In this document: piece by piece, positions 1 to 14,549 of the stretch
Layout: every line of letters begins with the position of its first letter
How positions within the stretch are numbered: the stretch's first letter is position 1
Origin: Conidiobolus incongruus B7586
Lineage: Eukaryota
Length of the DNA stretch: 60,214 nucleotides
Direction: 5' to 3'
Assembly: GCA_000697335.1 (NCBI GenBank)
Contig: JNEM01006374.1
Location: 1-60,214 of the forward strand
Translations under genes and position numbers: made by a program
Notes under the pieces: model-generated
What the model saw: only the letters and a program-made list of their open reading frames with translations
Told to the model about the DNA's origin: nothing
Databases searched by the model: none

Positions 1-734
1 ATTTTAAAAAATAAAATATTTAACAATTATATATTTTAAACTATATATCAAATTGATAAGCTATTTAAGGTTATAAAGTTATCATTAGATAAACATTATT
101 TATATTTCAAATCTATCATATAACGGAGTTAAATTTTATTTTTAAATGTATAATATATAAATAATATATAAATATAAAACTATATTATATTTGTTTATAA
201 ACTGTAATAAAAGTTTATTATTTTAATATATAAATATAATATTATTACTTTGGCAATATTTAATTCATAAAGTAATAAGTTTTATTATTTATATTGGTAA
301 TAAACTCATTTTCAACTTTACTATTGAATTATTTTGAATACAAAAATTTACTATATTGTTATTACTAAATATTATAAAAAATATTCTGATAATATTAATA
401 AAATTCAATTAATCAATTCAAAATAAATATTATATATAAAATAATACTAAATGTGTTATAATAATTTTATTTGGAATTGGTAATAAAGATAATATAAGTA
501 TTATATTTAGCTTGTTATTATATCTAGATCATTTATTGAAAATCCTTCAAATTAAATCAGAGGTCCATATTAAATAACTTTTGAAGCTTATAAATTTATT
601 ATAAGTATTATATATCTTGGATAAATATGTTTAACTAAGTTTATTATATATGGCTTCAAAATAATAAATTAAACTATATTAATAATATTAAATAATTGAA
701 AAATAAGAAAAGAAATATATTAAACTTTATGTTA

Positions 735-1287
735 TTACTCTAAATTTTTAATAATAGGAATTTATTGCAATATAAAATAAATAAATTTTTAATATATAAT
801 ATATAAAAATAAATGTATAATATATTTTTAATAGTTTCTTTTATAATTAGTAACTTTTTGCTATACTTTTAACAAACTTTTAACACTTAAAGAATAGTTT
901 TTCTTATTAAAGAATAAACTTTAATATTCCATAAACTAATTAAAATTTTTTGTAGAAATTTTCTTATAAGCTGGTTTTTTAATTACCTAAAGTAATTATA
1001 ATCATATAAGTTATAATCTAAAGAATATATTAGATATGGTAGTTTTTTCTAGTTATTTTTAATTAGAAAGTTTTTTATAGCTTTAGATTTATGTATTTTA
1101 TAATTATCATACAAAATAATAGGTTTTTTTAAATTATATTAAAAACACTAATTAAAAATATTTTTATTTAAAAAAAAACAATATATAATTTCCTATTAAC
1201 TTTGTATATATTTATTTATTTCAAATTAATAATATATTTCAAAAATCAAAAATTAAAAAATTTCCTATTATTTGAAATTCAAGATAA
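735..1287 (-). mobile_element. mariner (DD34D) internal-deletion derivative with both TIRs
   Basis: Degenerate ~28 bp TIRs (735 TTACTCTAAATTTTTAATAATAGGAA; reverse complement of right end TTATCTTGAATTTCAAATAATAGGAA), each flanked by TA. Minus-strand translation gives LYDNYKIHKSKAIKNFLIKNN*KKLPYLIYSLDYNLYDYNY, with 34 residues between the two D. Aligns by eye to both ends of 51449-52752 with ~750 bp missing. Confidence 0.8.
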
Positions 1288-2948
1288 TATTTAATAATTT
1301 ATTCAATGATATTTATATATTATACTAGTGTGATAACTATATTGAAAATATTTAATAAAATATAACAATGAAATAATTAATAATAAATAATTATATAAAT
1401 ATAGTTCAATTTTTTTATATTTTTCTTGGAAAATATCAGAGTTTTAATTAGTAAATTAACATTAGTATTATAATATTAATATTATAATATTAATTTTTAT
1501 TTATATAATTTAATTATAATATTAAAATATTTTTTTATTATTATATATCTGAGTTTAATATTTCTGTATTTTTATTATCAAATATTAAGAAAATAATTAT
1601 TATTCTTAACTTTTTAAAACCTAAAATTATTGGGTTATTATATTAGTTCAAATAATCTTATCATATAATTAATCAATAATATAAAGTTAGTTTTTAAAAT
1701 TCAAAAATTATATTAAATGAAATCTAAATTAATTTATATTTTCAGTTATTTAATATATTGCTATTTTATCAAAAAAAAATATTTCATTTAAATTATTTAA
1801 GAAATTAATTTTAATATTCTTTTATTAATTATTATTCAAATAAAAATATCAGGATTTGATAAGGTATATTATATAATACATATTAAAAAGATATTGTATC
1901 ATTGATTATAAAAGTATTTTTGATATTTTTTTTCATATTTCTAATACTATTAATATATAGTATAATAACAAAATATAGTTTAACTAATCTATTATATCAA
2001 TTTATTCTAATTATTTAAAGTTTAGGTTTAATTAATAGATGTATCACAAGTAAAAAAATTTATATAATTTCGGGTATGTAATACCATAGTTATTTTGATG
2101 AAATTTTTTGAATCTTTAATGGTTTCACTGAAAGGCAATTGTAATAGAGTTCTTTATATTAAATTTGTATTAAATGATTAGCTTTTTAGAGATTTAAAAA
2201 ACTCAATATATGTTTTACAACAAAAAATAATATATTTTCAATTCTCACTTCTTAAATGAAATATTTGAAATATACTATTATTATATTACTCATTGATCAC
2301 TGAATGCATCAATTATTTGGGGTATGAAAATAAAGTCATTTTTATAAAACGATCAATAAATACATAATTTTTAGATGTAATTTAAGTGCAGTTTATCCTA
2401 AGATTCAACAAACTAAATTATATAATATAAATACCATAATTAAAAATAGCATTAGTTTCTATTTATTGTCATTTAAACCACACTCAAGGTAAGATAATAT
2501 GGAAATGTAATTACTGAGTATTCAATATGAATTGCTAAATTACAAATAATTAAATTTCAATATCAAAACTCATTCTGAAATTTACTGAGATTAAATGAAA
2601 AAGGAAAAATTTAATCAGATAGAGATGAAAAAACTTTAAACTTTGAATGTTTAGTAGGGAAATGATTTAGATATTGTAACTTTTTAATAAATTAAAATAT
2701 AAAAAAATTTAATTTATTTGATAAAAAGTATGATTTCTAAATTATTCACTAACTTGGTCTCCTAAAACCAGTCACTTAATTCAAACTATATTATTATCCC
2801 ATAATTAATGGTTTGAATATTAACGAATTAATTTGATTTGATCAAATATGAATAAATTATCAAATCAACACACTTATTCACATCAATTTTTATTAATTCA
2901 AAAATCATTATACATCAACTTTATATATAATACTAATAATATTCGGAT

Positions 2949-4223
2949 ATGACAGAAGTTACCTCAGAGCATAATGGAGGACAATTGTTATCCTTAAAAG
3001 TAATGAAAATGTCACGACCAACACTTGAATTACATGGAACGACAGATCCCAAGCTGAATACACCACCATTACTATATCTTCCTCAACAGTTTGGAAATGT
3101 TTACTTGGGAGAAACTTTCTCTTGTTATTTATCTGTGAATAATGATGCATCTGTTCCTGTACGTCAGATGACACTAAAGGCTGAACTTCAAACTTCTACA
3201 CAGAAATTCTCACTTACAGATACTACACTAACTCCCCACACAGATATGCTTCCAGGTCACTGTGCACCACTAGTAGTTCATCATGAGATTAAAGAGTTGG
3301 GAATTCATATTTTAATCTGCTCTGTACATTACGTCACACCTGAAGGTGAGCGCAAATTCTTTCGCAAATTTTATCGCTTTCAAGTATTGAATCCTCTTGC
3401 CGTCAAGACAAAAGCTCACTCCACAAAATTGGGACAAGTTTTCCTTGAGATCCAGATTTCCAATGTATCTCAAACCCCCATGTATTTGGAGCGATTAAGA
3501 TTGGATCCTTATCAAAACTGGCACTCTCAAGATTTGAATCACTTTGTTGGAAGTAATGGCCAAATTGAGGGTAGTGTTTTTGACGAATATGGATATTTAC
3601 CATGTCACGCCACGCGTCAATACTTATACAAACTTACACCAAAGGAACCTTTGAACAATGAGGCACTCATCGCCAATCAGCTTGGCAAGTTGGATATCGC
3701 TTGGCGTACTGAATTAGGCGCAATGGGCCGTCTACAGACCTCCCAACTCACCCGAAGATCCCCTGTGCTTGATCTGATCGAAATGAAACCTACATCGATC
3801 CCTTCTAACATTTATCTTGAGCAGCCTTTTACAATGAAGTGTCGCATTCAAAATAGGTCACCCTACAAAATGGATCTGACTTTGAGTGGCGTGAGAGCTA
3901 AAATGGGCAGTGTTCTCTTAAGCGGTAATCTCACCAAATACATAGGAATGCTTGAAGTCAATAGTGGTATCGATATTGAATTAGAATGGTTAGCCCTCAG
4001 TCCAGGTCCTCACAAAGTGGGAGGATTAAGGTTTTGGGATAATATAAAAGAGGCTTTTTACGATGTTGACGTTCTAACTGAAATCAATGTCCTTGTTAAC
4101 CGAGTAGAAGAATTGGATGGTGGACTTTTAACTTCAGAATCAAATGAGAATCACACTAAAGTTGATAATGATCAGTTTGATGAGATTCAAACAGAAGTAA
4201 TTACTGAATCGTCAGATCCTTGA
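2949..4223 (+). CDS. TRAPPC13: Trafficking protein particle complex subunit 13-like (DUF974 / Trs65-related)
   Basis: 424 aa intronless ORF in a GC-richer island. Contains family-typical motifs LSLKVMKMSRP, LPQQFGNVYLGETFSCY, HEIKELGIHILICSVHY, FRKFYRFQVLNPLAVKTK and LGKLDIAWRTELGAMGRLQTSQL. Confidence 0.9.
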   Translation: MTEVTSEHNGGQLLSLKVMKMSRPTLELHGTTDPKLNTPPLLYLPQQFGNVYLGETFSCYLSVNNDASVPVRQMTLKAELQTSTQKFSLTDTTLTPHTDMLPGHCAPLVVHHEIKELGIHILICSVHYVTPEGERKFFRKFYRFQVLNPLAVKTKAHSTKLGQVFLEIQISNVSQTPMYLERLRLDPYQNWHSQDLNHFVGSNGQIEGSVFDEYGYLPCHATRQYLYKLTPKEPLNNEALIANQLGKLDIAWRTELGAMGRLQTSQLTRRSPVLDLIEMKPTSIPSNIYLEQPFTMKCRIQNRSPYKMDLTLSGVRAKMGSVLLSGNLTKYIGMLEVNSGIDIELEWLALSPGPHKVGGLRFWDNIKEAFYDVDVLTEINVLVNRVEELDGGLLTSESNENHTKVDNDQFDEIQTEVITESSDP

Positions 4224-6693
4224 ACGAATTCTTCATTTATTAATTTTAATTAAACTTTATATTTATTTTGTAAGTAAATTTATTAATAAAACTTGACAAT
4301 TATCAAAAAAAATTATTGAATTATGAATAAAATTTTACTATTATTTAGTCAATGATATTTTTGATATTCAATTGGAAATTAAGCAATGGAACTTTTTTAA
4401 GTCAATATTTTTGATTTGATAATAAAAAAACTTAAATAATTCACAAATATAAAACAATTTTTTACAATAACCAATACACCTAATTCTATGATAAATTATA
4501 TGCTATTAATATGATAAAATAATAGTATTTTAGCTTTAAAATTATATCTTAAACTATTATTTAAATTATATATTTTATTTTCAATTACAAGTGAGAAATA
4601 TATTTTATTATATTAAATAATATATATTATAAGATATTTAATTAAAATAAATAAATATTTAAGAATAATATCAATAATAGGTCAAAAATAAATTTTTTTT
4701 TAAATTTATTATTTTTTGAAAATTAATATTTTTTTATACTATTAATATATAAATTTATCTTTTAAAAAGAAATATTATAATTATTTTACTTAAGTAATAA
4801 ATAGAATAAAAGTTCCAATTATATAGATTATATTTATATAATTATATTTTATTATTTCAAATAAAAAAATATCAACAGTTATTTTAAATCCTGAAAATAT
4901 ATAATTTAAATATATTAAAATGAGATATTATAATAAAACTAATTTATTATTTAATATTTTTATTGATTATATATATATATAAATCTTGAATTTTATTTAT
5001 ATTATATATGTAATAAAAAATAATATTAATCAAAAATAAAATTATAAATTGATTTTCGTAGAATATATATTTTTTAATATAATTTAAAATGAAAACACAA
5101 GTTAAGGATTAAATATATTTTAAATTTTTTCAAGAAATTAAATTATTTTAATATTTAGATTAAATTAATATTGTAAATTTTTATTAATTTTGAATTATTG
5201 ATTCTTAATCCATTGTTAAATTAGCAATTATATAAAAAATATATATAAGATTATTAACAATATATTAATATATAATATTTATATATAAATTTTAAAAATA
5301 TCACATATTGAAGATTAATATAAGCTAAATCCCTTTTTGTATATTTTATTAAATTAGGATTATTTAATTATAAATATTAAATTAAAATTATACATAATAA
5401 AATCCATCATTTTGAAAATTAATTAAAATATATATTTAAACAGATTTTATAAATTTAATAAATAAAACTTATTTGGACAAATTTATTATATTCAATTATT
5501 ATGATAATATATATATTTTGAAAATAATATTTTTATTAACTTTGTAAATTTTTTCTATTGAAAAGGCTAAGTATAAAGTTAATAAATTTTGAGATGCTTT
5601 TATATGTTTTTTTTCCTTATTGTATTTTATTTATTTAATCACTATTATAAAAATTTAGAGAAAAAAATTGATAATAATTATTTTAAATATATATATATAT
5701 TTTGAAAACTATTTTATCAGATAAACTATGAAAAAAAACTAATTAATAATATTATCAATTATTTTTCAAAATATAAACCAAAAGAAATACTCAAATAGGG
5801 ATTATATTTTAATAATAAATTAACTTTATGAATTGAAATACTTGATAATTAATATATATATATATTTTGCAAGGAGAATTAATAAACTGAGAAAAAAATA
5901 AGGAACGTTGAAAACACTAAACTAGACAAAAAATATTAGTTTTGAATCAGCTTTGATACTAAATATACTAATTGTAAATCACTAAAACCTAATAGACAAG
6001 GCATGGGCCTTTTAACCTGGGGCTTCTGAGTTTGATAGCTAGAGGGGTAATAAGCCATCTTTTGAGTTTCTTTACATGTTTCTCATTATATTCAATGTAT
6101 TAGCACTCATATTAATTCTTATCAAATATCAAAATTAATTTCTATCATTATTGAAATATGGAATTGTTATTAAAAAATTATGAAAACTTCAATTAACTAT
6201 GGAATTATAACTTATAATAATTTCAATCAAAAAAATCCATGTGGTTTGTTCTAATTTAAACTATTAGTATAAACAATAATGTCATATAAAACCAACTTAA
6301 TATCTCACTGGTTAAGTAAATAAAATATATTCTGTCTTTCATTTATATAGTTAAATGTAAATAATTTTCACTTTATATAATAATTTTGCAATATTTATAT
6401 GAAAATTTTTATCCAAATGTTATTATTTAAAAAATTTATCATATTTTAATACCCATTATAGTTGAATATAAAATTTTATAGAAATAAATTTAATAACAAT
6501 ATCCTTAAACTTAAGTTCGATATATTAAGTCATATATTCTCATTTTAATAAAATGTATTTTCCATATAATTGAACCCGAATAGAAAGTTAGTAAATAATA
6601 AAACTATCTTAATACTAAATCTAAATATTTTTTCTGTAAACCATTGTTTTTAAATTATTTTTTATTTTAATTTTGCATATCATCCATATCCTG

Positions 6694-6695
<2 letters not shown>

Positions 6696-6727
<32 letters not shown>
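6696..6727. repeat. (TA)n microsatellite
   Basis: Uninterrupted AT dinucleotide run of ~30 nt. Similar runs occur near 20470-20496, 51065-51093 and 57045-57066. Confidence 0.85.
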
Positions 6728-6730
<3 letters not shown>

Positions 6731-7148
6731 ACAATTGTTTTAATCTATATTTATTGAAAACATTATTTCTTTTTATCTTTATTTCAATAATTTTGAATTA
6801 TTTTGATAAAATATCGTTATTTTTAATTTTATTAAATTTTTATTATTTTTAAAATAAGTAGAATTAAAATGATTTTTTTTTCTAAAGTCATAGTTAATAA
6901 TTCTTTATATTAAAAAATCAAATTATTTATTTTAGGAGCAAACAAGCTTTACTATCTTTTCACTAATTTTATAACTATATACTTTACATTTTTCACATGC
7001 AATAATTGCTTCAATTTAATATTTTATAATTTAATTTCAATTTGAACATTTCATTAATAAATTATAATACTAATTTGATAAATTTAAATTTCTTTTATAA
7101 TATTTCATAATCTTAGCAAAATATATTGAATCACTTCTAATGTATTTA

Positions 7149-8450
7149 TTACTATTCTGTTTAAGTAATGGTATAGATTTATAGTATATTTTAAATAAAA
7201 TTGTTTATATATAATTAATAATAAAAGATAAATAATATAATATTAATACTCATTATTAATACACTTTGTTATACTGTTGGTAAACTTTTAACACTTGGAA
7301 ATAGCTAATATATCAGACAAATTAGATTTTATACTTTATAATTTAGTTTAATCGCTTTATAGGAATTATTTTTCTTCTAAGGATATTTTTTAATTCTCTA
7401 CAGTAATTATGATTAAATTGGTTGTAATTTGGTGAATATATTCGATAAATGGTGTTTTCAATTTTTTCCGAATAAAAAATATATAAAAAATTTAGCTTTA
7501 TATGTTTTTAACTACCTTAAAGAGTAATAAACATCATTAATTTATGATATAATAAATAATTAGAAAAAACTTTAAATAAACTAATCAAATTTGTGATTAA
7601 TTTATTCATTGTTAGCAAGTTAATAATAAAATTTTATAAGATTATAAGCTATTATTACAAATAGCATTTGTTGATAAATAAATTGATTATTCATTAGATA
7701 ATATAAATAAGATTATTTCAACAGAGTATTGTGTTTTGTTTAATAATAAAAGTTTATATAAAAGAGTTAAAATTTAAATAATTGTTATGAATCAATATAG
7801 AAACCTGTTTTGATCTAAATTTAAATAATGTTAATAGAGTAATATCTATATATATTTTTTAACTTTTGTTAAATTATTTCGTATTTATTTTATAGCTTTA
7901 TTAATTAAACAAAGTCAGAACTTTATTATTTATAAAACATCTATTAAATTTCCTTAATCACTCTTTTGTTGAAATAAAAAAATTAAAATTATGTTATTAT
8001 TTTAACAAGTCATACAGTAAAACTAGATGTTATTTTATTGATTATAACATATTTTGACTAATAACTCTTAGAGCTTTGATATGTCAAATCTAGCAATAAA
8101 TGTTAGTTTTGGAAAGAACATTATAATAATAAGCTGTTAACAAATATTAATTGTTTTAAAAAGTTTGAATAGCTGAGTTTTAATAATACAAAAATAAAAA
8201 ACTTTTAATGACTATAATTTAATTTAAATGTAATTAAATCTATCATTAAATTTTTAAATAGAAATATTTAATAAATGAATAGTAATAGATTATATATATA
8301 GTTTTAAAATATTGATTACTTGATATATATTTTTATAATATTTATTATTTAAAATTAAAAAATTTTCTTTTCTCTTAAAATTAGAATCGAAACTAAGTCA
8401 CTTAAATATTTTGTTTTTTCTATAATTATTAAAAATTAAGATTAAAATAA
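7149..8450 (-). mobile_element. Degenerate, near full-length mariner copy (diverged family member)
   Basis: Left end TA|TTACTATTCTGTTTAAGTAATGG resembles the TIR of the other copies. Collinear with 51449-52752 by eye. Minus strand reads YSPNYNQFNHNY at ~7400-7440. Right end is approximate. Confidence 0.6.
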
Positions 8451-10025
8451 TAATTTTTTCCACAAAACAGGTAAAAAGTATAAATTCTTAGGTGAGAGAT
8501 ATCTAAAATACAAATTAAGATGGGAACATATATTCAATGAGAGTTATTGTGTTATAAAGTTCATATTTTGTATTTTATTTTATTATCTTACAAAGTGTAA
8601 TGTATAAAATGGAACTCCTAATTAGAGTTCAGTTTCTGAATTTTAATTTCAAATTATTATAAAGTTATATGATAAAGTATGATATTGAAATTCATAATCA
8701 ATCTATTTCGATGTCAATAGGATGATATAAATGAAGTGAATCTAAAAAGATATAAAACTATTTTATTGAATATATACTATTTAAAGGGGTATAGTTTTTT
8801 AATATAATTTCGCACAAAATATTCAATATATATCAACAATATATTATATTAGAGACTTCGTTTTTATTATGTCATCAAATTAATAAGATAATATCTTATA
8901 CACTAATACGGAAAATTGTTTTAATATATCAAACCGTATGAATCATGTCAATACTAAGCTCGTTTTGAACCGAAGGAAAGTATTAACGTTTAAAATACAA
9001 TCATTTCAAACTCAAAATTTATTTAATTCTTTTGAATAAAAATTTTGTATAATATATCAATAGATATACCAATCTACCTATAAAAATAGATTTTGCTTGT
9101 ATATTCATTTAGCATAATTTTTATATTATGACGGATAATAACATCATATTTTTATATATATTATTTAATACTGAGATTATAAAATTTATCAGAATTGTAT
9201 TATTCTTAATAGTTTATTAATATAATAAGTTTCTAGTATAATTTCATAAAATTTTATATCAATAGATAGTAAAATATAATATTTAACTCTCAAAAAAATT
9301 AAAGTATTAAAATATTTATTTTATTAAAAGAATATGATTTATATTGAATTTAAAATAATAAATTGGAATGTTTTATTTATTTTAATTAAAATTCTTATAT
9401 TTCACATAAAATCATTATAATATTTATTTGGATATATTGAAAATATTTTTTTCAAAGATTATTTTTTTGATAATACTAAAAAATGATAAATTGAAATAAA
9501 CTGTTTAATAATAACTTATTTGCTAGGTTTTATAAAAAAATAAAATAGTGTTATTTAATTAATATCATTTTATGAAATTTTAATTATAAATTAATCATAT
9601 TAAATAATAATATTTAATTTGAAAATGATTAATATATTTTTTATAATATTTATTAAATTAAGCTTATATTTGAATTAAATATATAACTGATACCAATTGG
9701 GATATTAGTACTAAAATAGTTTTTTGAACTCTAACTATAAACGATAGACTCAAAAGTTAATGCAAGTTAGAAATTTATTAAAAAAATTTATTGTATTATA
9801 ATATGAAAATTCAGAATTATGTTCATCGTTAAATAATGGTTGATTGTAAAAATATCAAAATAAGATAAAAATATTATAAAAATTAAAAATTTTCAATAAA
9901 AATTGAATTTTAAAAGAACTTGGTTATACCAGGTGAAACTTTGAAAAATTTTTGTTTAATATAATTCGGAAATGAAAATATACATATATAATATATTAGA
10001 AGATTTATTGAATAAATAGTTTGTT

Positions 10026-11174
10026 TTAAGCAGAGATACCGTTGAATCCAAGAGCATTGGGAGTAGCAGCATTGAATCCAGTGATGGCATTCTTGGTGGC
10101 CAAAGACTTGAGCTTAGCATCAACTTGGCTAGCGGGAGTACCTTGAGAAAGAACAGTGGCAGCCAAACCAGCAACATGAGGAGCGGCCATGGAGGTACCA
10201 GAGATGGTATTGGTAGCAGTGTTGGATCCAATCCAAGAAGACAAGATGTTGACGCCAGGAGCTAAGATATCGACACACTTACCATAGTTGGAGAAGGAAG
10301 CTTTTCTGTCATTAACATCAGTAGCACCAACAGTAATGGCAGCGGGAGCAGAGGCAGGGGAGACATTACAAGCATCTTGGTTTTCATTACCAGCAGCAAC
10401 AACGGCAACGACACCCTTGGCAACAGCATCATTGATGGCGTTGTTCAAAGAAGTAGAAAGACCACCACCTAAACTCATGGAAATGACATTGCCCTTGCTA
10501 CCATTAGCATTGGCGACAGCCCAGTTGACACCAGCAATGACACCAGCGTTGGATCCAGATCCATTGTCACCCAAAACCTTGACAGCAACAATTTGAGCCT
10601 TCTTGGCAACACCATAAGTGTTACCAGCAATAGTACCAGCACAGTGAGTACCATGACCATGCTTATCGTCATTGGTGGCTCCAGAAACAGTGGTAGTACC
10701 CCACACAGCACGACCTCCAAAGTCATTGTGTCTGATATTGACACCAGTGTCTAAGACGAAAACTTTGACACCTTCACCAGCATTGTCGACATATTTATAG
10801 GAGTAAGGAGCAGCACCAAGCTTAGCACGTTGGCTGACACGAGCAAGACCCCAAGGAGCGTTGGATTGGGTAGCAATGGCCTTGACAACTTGATCTTGTT
10901 CAACGGATACAACATGAGGAAGAGCCTTAACTTTGTTCAAAGTAGCTTCATCCAGCTTAGCAGAGATACCATGAAAAACGGATTCGTACTTGTGCAAAAC
11001 TTGGTTGCTACCATCACGAGAGGTGAAAAGGTCAGTGACGGCTTCAACTTGGGCATCGAAAGAAGAACGAGCGTTCTTGTTGAAAGCGATGATGTATTGA
11101 TCCTTGATAGCTTGAGCTTCAATCAATGAAGCGACTAAAACGGTGAAAGTAGCGAAAACGGTAGTGAATTGCAT
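10026..11174 (-). CDS. Secreted subtilisin-like serine protease (S8A, proteinase K-type) with I9 propeptide
   Basis: Signal peptide, then prodomain ending VEQDQVVKA, then mature start [14 protein letters not shown]. Triad motifs [11 protein letters not shown] and [11 protein letters not shown]; oxyanion AAGN. Confidence 0.97.
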   Translation of the reverse strand: MQFTTVFATFTVLVASLIEAQAIKDQYIIAFNKNARSSFDAQVEAVTDLFTSRDGSNQVLHKYESVFHGISAKLDEATLNKVKALPHVVSVEQDQVVKAIATQSNAPWGLARVSQRAKLGAAPYSYKYVDNAGEGVKVFVLDTGVNIRHNDFGGRAVWGTTTVSGATNDDKHGHGTHCAGTIAGNTYGVAKKAQIVAVKVLGDNGSGSNAGVIAGVNWAVANANGSKGNVISMSLGGGLSTSLNNAINDAVAKGVVAVVAAGNENQDACNVSPASAPAAITVGATDVNDRKASFSNYGKCVDILAPGVNILSSWIGSNTATNTISGTSMAAPHVAGLAATVLSQGTPASQVDAKLKSLATKNAITGFNAATPNALGFNGISA

Positions 11175-14100
11175 CCTGAAGTTATAGATATTTGATTATA
11201 CACTCGGTGTGTTTTAATGTATTTGAATTGAAATATATTGAGCTTATATACTAAAAGTATTCAATTTTAAAATTTTCTTTTCAAAATTTTATGACTTTAC
11301 ACAAATCTGCAATCAATTAAAATTTTTAATTAATATAAATTAAATTTTTCATATTTTTTAATCTCTAGTACAATTTAGAAATTTTTAATTTTCAAATGAT
11401 TACTTGCCAATTTTGTAAATTGATCCAATTGAAATGTATATCCATTTTAAAAAGTATATATTTTAAAAAATTTAATACATTTAATTTAATTTATTATACA
11501 TTGTTATATTTATTATATACTATTTCACTCGATTTATACTCGATCATAGAATAATTTTTAGCGATTATATATATTTCTGTTTCATTATTTACAAAAGGCC
11601 AATGATGTATTATTAAATTTTTTGCCAACCATTAAATGTTATTATAATAATTTTGTATTACCAATAAATCTTGGTTGATGCTATTCAAACAGTCCTATGA
11701 TATTAAATATTTAATTTATTGAAATTCTTATGTTTTGAATGTTTATATGTTATCTTTTTTGGATATTCAAAGTAAGTTTAAATCACTATCAGTTGGGCAA
11801 ATAGTCACTTGATCAGATTCTATGTATCATGACATTGAATATTATTTTTTGCCAATTTATTCAATAAACGATAAATAATATTATTTTATAATACTGAAAA
11901 TGTTATGAATTTATTCTCTTTTCATATAATAGGTATAGGGTAATTTATATTCTGAATGTTGTTATTATATCTGTTCTAGTCTGACTACCATATAATTCAA
12001 TGATCGATATCTATACAAAATTTCCGGATTTTAATTTACCCTGCAAATTATGAATCAAAAACTTAGTTGAATACTGGTAACTATTGTAAAATATCCCCAC
12101 ACCAGAGCAATATAATTTGAATTGGTTAATCTAATTATTTTATTATAACTTGATGATGGTTTTAATTTAGCTGTTTTAGATAATATAAAGATTCAGATGA
12201 TTATTAATATTCATTTATAATATATTTTCTCATATTTTAATTAATTTTTTAATTAATATTTCAAAATCCATTCTGAGATAGATTGATAAATTTTTTAATT
12301 CGAGGTTCATATTTGTGTTTACTATGGGCCGATGCAGAATTTACGGTGAGAATTATATTTAAACTTTGCTCCAATATCTCACAGAGATTCAATAAATTGT
12401 ATTGGTCTAAAAATATTTATAAAATTATGAGGTTTTAACCTTAATATACTTCGTTTTTTGTATATTGATATATATTCAAAGATCCAATATTCAGTTAAAA
12501 TTTCAGACTAAATATCAAAGTATATCTAATGTTTTGCCTCCATAATTAACTACTATATAATCCAATCTTAGACTTAGTATACAAGCTGAAAGTTTTATTT
12601 ACAATCTCCAATGTTTAATGATACTGTACTCAGTTAACCGAACAAGTTATATTTAATATTTCCAATTGATGATAAATTATTGGCAAATTTGTATTAGTTA
12701 TTGTCAATTAGATATACCATATTTTATAATTCATAATCAAAATGACGAATTCCCTAAGACCATTTAAATTAACTATGTATATTGTTAATCTAATTTTATT
12801 CAGAAATTGACAAGAATATTCAAAATATCATTAAATATTCTTTTTGCTTTGATTTTATGGTTTTTCTTATAATTTTTTACTAATGTATTTTGTTATTCAA
12901 ACTGTTGTATTCACTTAACTTTTGCTTTATTGATATCCTTTTTGAATTTTAGCAAGATCAATGAAAAGGTTTTAAAAACTATATCATTTCTTATAACGAG
13001 TGTTAAGGTATTTTATCATATTGATTGAGATAAATTATATTTTAAAGTTTATCAGTATACTTTTTGTATGATTGTTTAATAAATTTATTTTAGAAAATTG
13101 AATAATAGTGAGAATTTTTTTTAATGTACAAATCTCAAAAATTTATCATCAATCGCTTATTTTTATTTTATATTATTAAAATATATTAGAAATTGGACAC
13201 AAATATTAATACAATTTTTGTCATATAACATAACAAACTAATATATTACCAGAAAATATCACGTTAATTAATAATCAATTTTGTATTTTTAAATCAAGTT
13301 AGTATCACTCTAAATATTTCAATTTTTAATATTCTATTAATTTGAAATAAATATATTTAATTTTGACATTTGATAATAATAAACATATTTATTTGATAAA
13401 TAGATATTTGGAGACGTAGTATATTATATTTATTCAATAAATGTCGTGCTGAAGATTATTACGAATAATTCAATTATTGGATCCAATAATTTATATTAAA
13501 TATTATTTTTAGAAATAATTCATTCAATCCATGTAATGGAATGAAAACCAAATTTTGATTAAAATTTGACAATACTTGAGAATTGAATAGTTGGTAAAAA
13601 TTACCTTTACTACTTTGATTTTATAAACTATGTTCAATTTGTAATTTCTAAAGATGTATTATAGTACTTTTCATACTAATAATTTGGACACTGAATAATT
13701 GCTATTCTAATTGATAAATATAAATGGAATAATAAGATATATATCTGTTGAAATATTTTATAAAGATTGTTATTTTAACTTTAAGAAAGGATTGTTAATT
13801 GGAAAACAATTTTAAAATCTTCTATATCATTTTGAAGTGTCCTTAAATTTTTTTAATAATATAAAATATTAATATATAAGCTATATCAACATTGAAGTTG
13901 AAATAATAGGATAGTATATTTCGATATTGTTATATTTATGTATAATAATATTAATTTTTATTACAATTAATTTAAATGCTTTGAAGTCATTATTAGGGTA
14001 TCATTTATTATCCCTATTATTAAACTTTTAATCTTATTTTCTAAAGCCTTTAATCACCTTGAAAAAAATTATATCATACGATTATGTGATATAAGAAATC

Positions 14101-14203
14101 AATTGAAAATATCAAATTTCAAAATAAATAAACTTTCTATAGGCTGTATAATAAATGCAAGAATAAATTACTATATATTGATATTAGATGTGTATGGACA
14201 TAT

Positions 14204-14549
14204 TGGTAATTTTTTTGACACCGACTAGGAAGTCAGGTGTTCAATAAAAATAGGTAAATATCCTTGTTCCGGGACGGAGGCTGTTAAATGATATGAAGGA
14301 GTAGTTTATAAGTAACCTATAGTATCGTAGGGCAAAACCCTATGAAGATGACCGTAGTGACAAAGTAATTGTAGTCAATATATTTATAGTTTGATTGGTG
14401 TACTGTCTTCGACTTCGGGTAGCTCTTCCGATGGGATAATTGATTCCGAAGGTTTAACATATTTGCTGAACAATATTTAGATAGAACTTTATCAAAAATA
14501 ATGAGTGATTAGAATTGTGAGCGTTTAAAGGTTCTCCCGACCCGTGACA
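14204..14549 (-). mobile_element. Solo LTR
   Basis: 346 bp GC-richer island bounded by TG...CA (TGGTAAT...CCCGTGACA), flanked by direct repeat ATAT at 14200-14203 and 14550-14553. The reverse complement starts TGTCACGGGTC. Orientation is inferred. Confidence 0.75.

Noticed and set aside
2959..3603. Two short minus-strand ORFs within TRAPPC13
   Set aside because: Antisense shadows of a conserved gene.
5865..6080. GC-richer patch resembling an LTR fragment
   Set aside because: No matching TG...CA ends with a TSD could be found.
9956..11129. Alternative-frame and antisense ORFs over the subtilisin (also 16526-17295, 26090-26305, 31894-32223, 38430-38618, 43254-43736, 46341-47446, 49521-49712)
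   Set aside because: Shadows of GC-richer coding sequence; they recur at equivalent positions in the paralogues and have no independent features.
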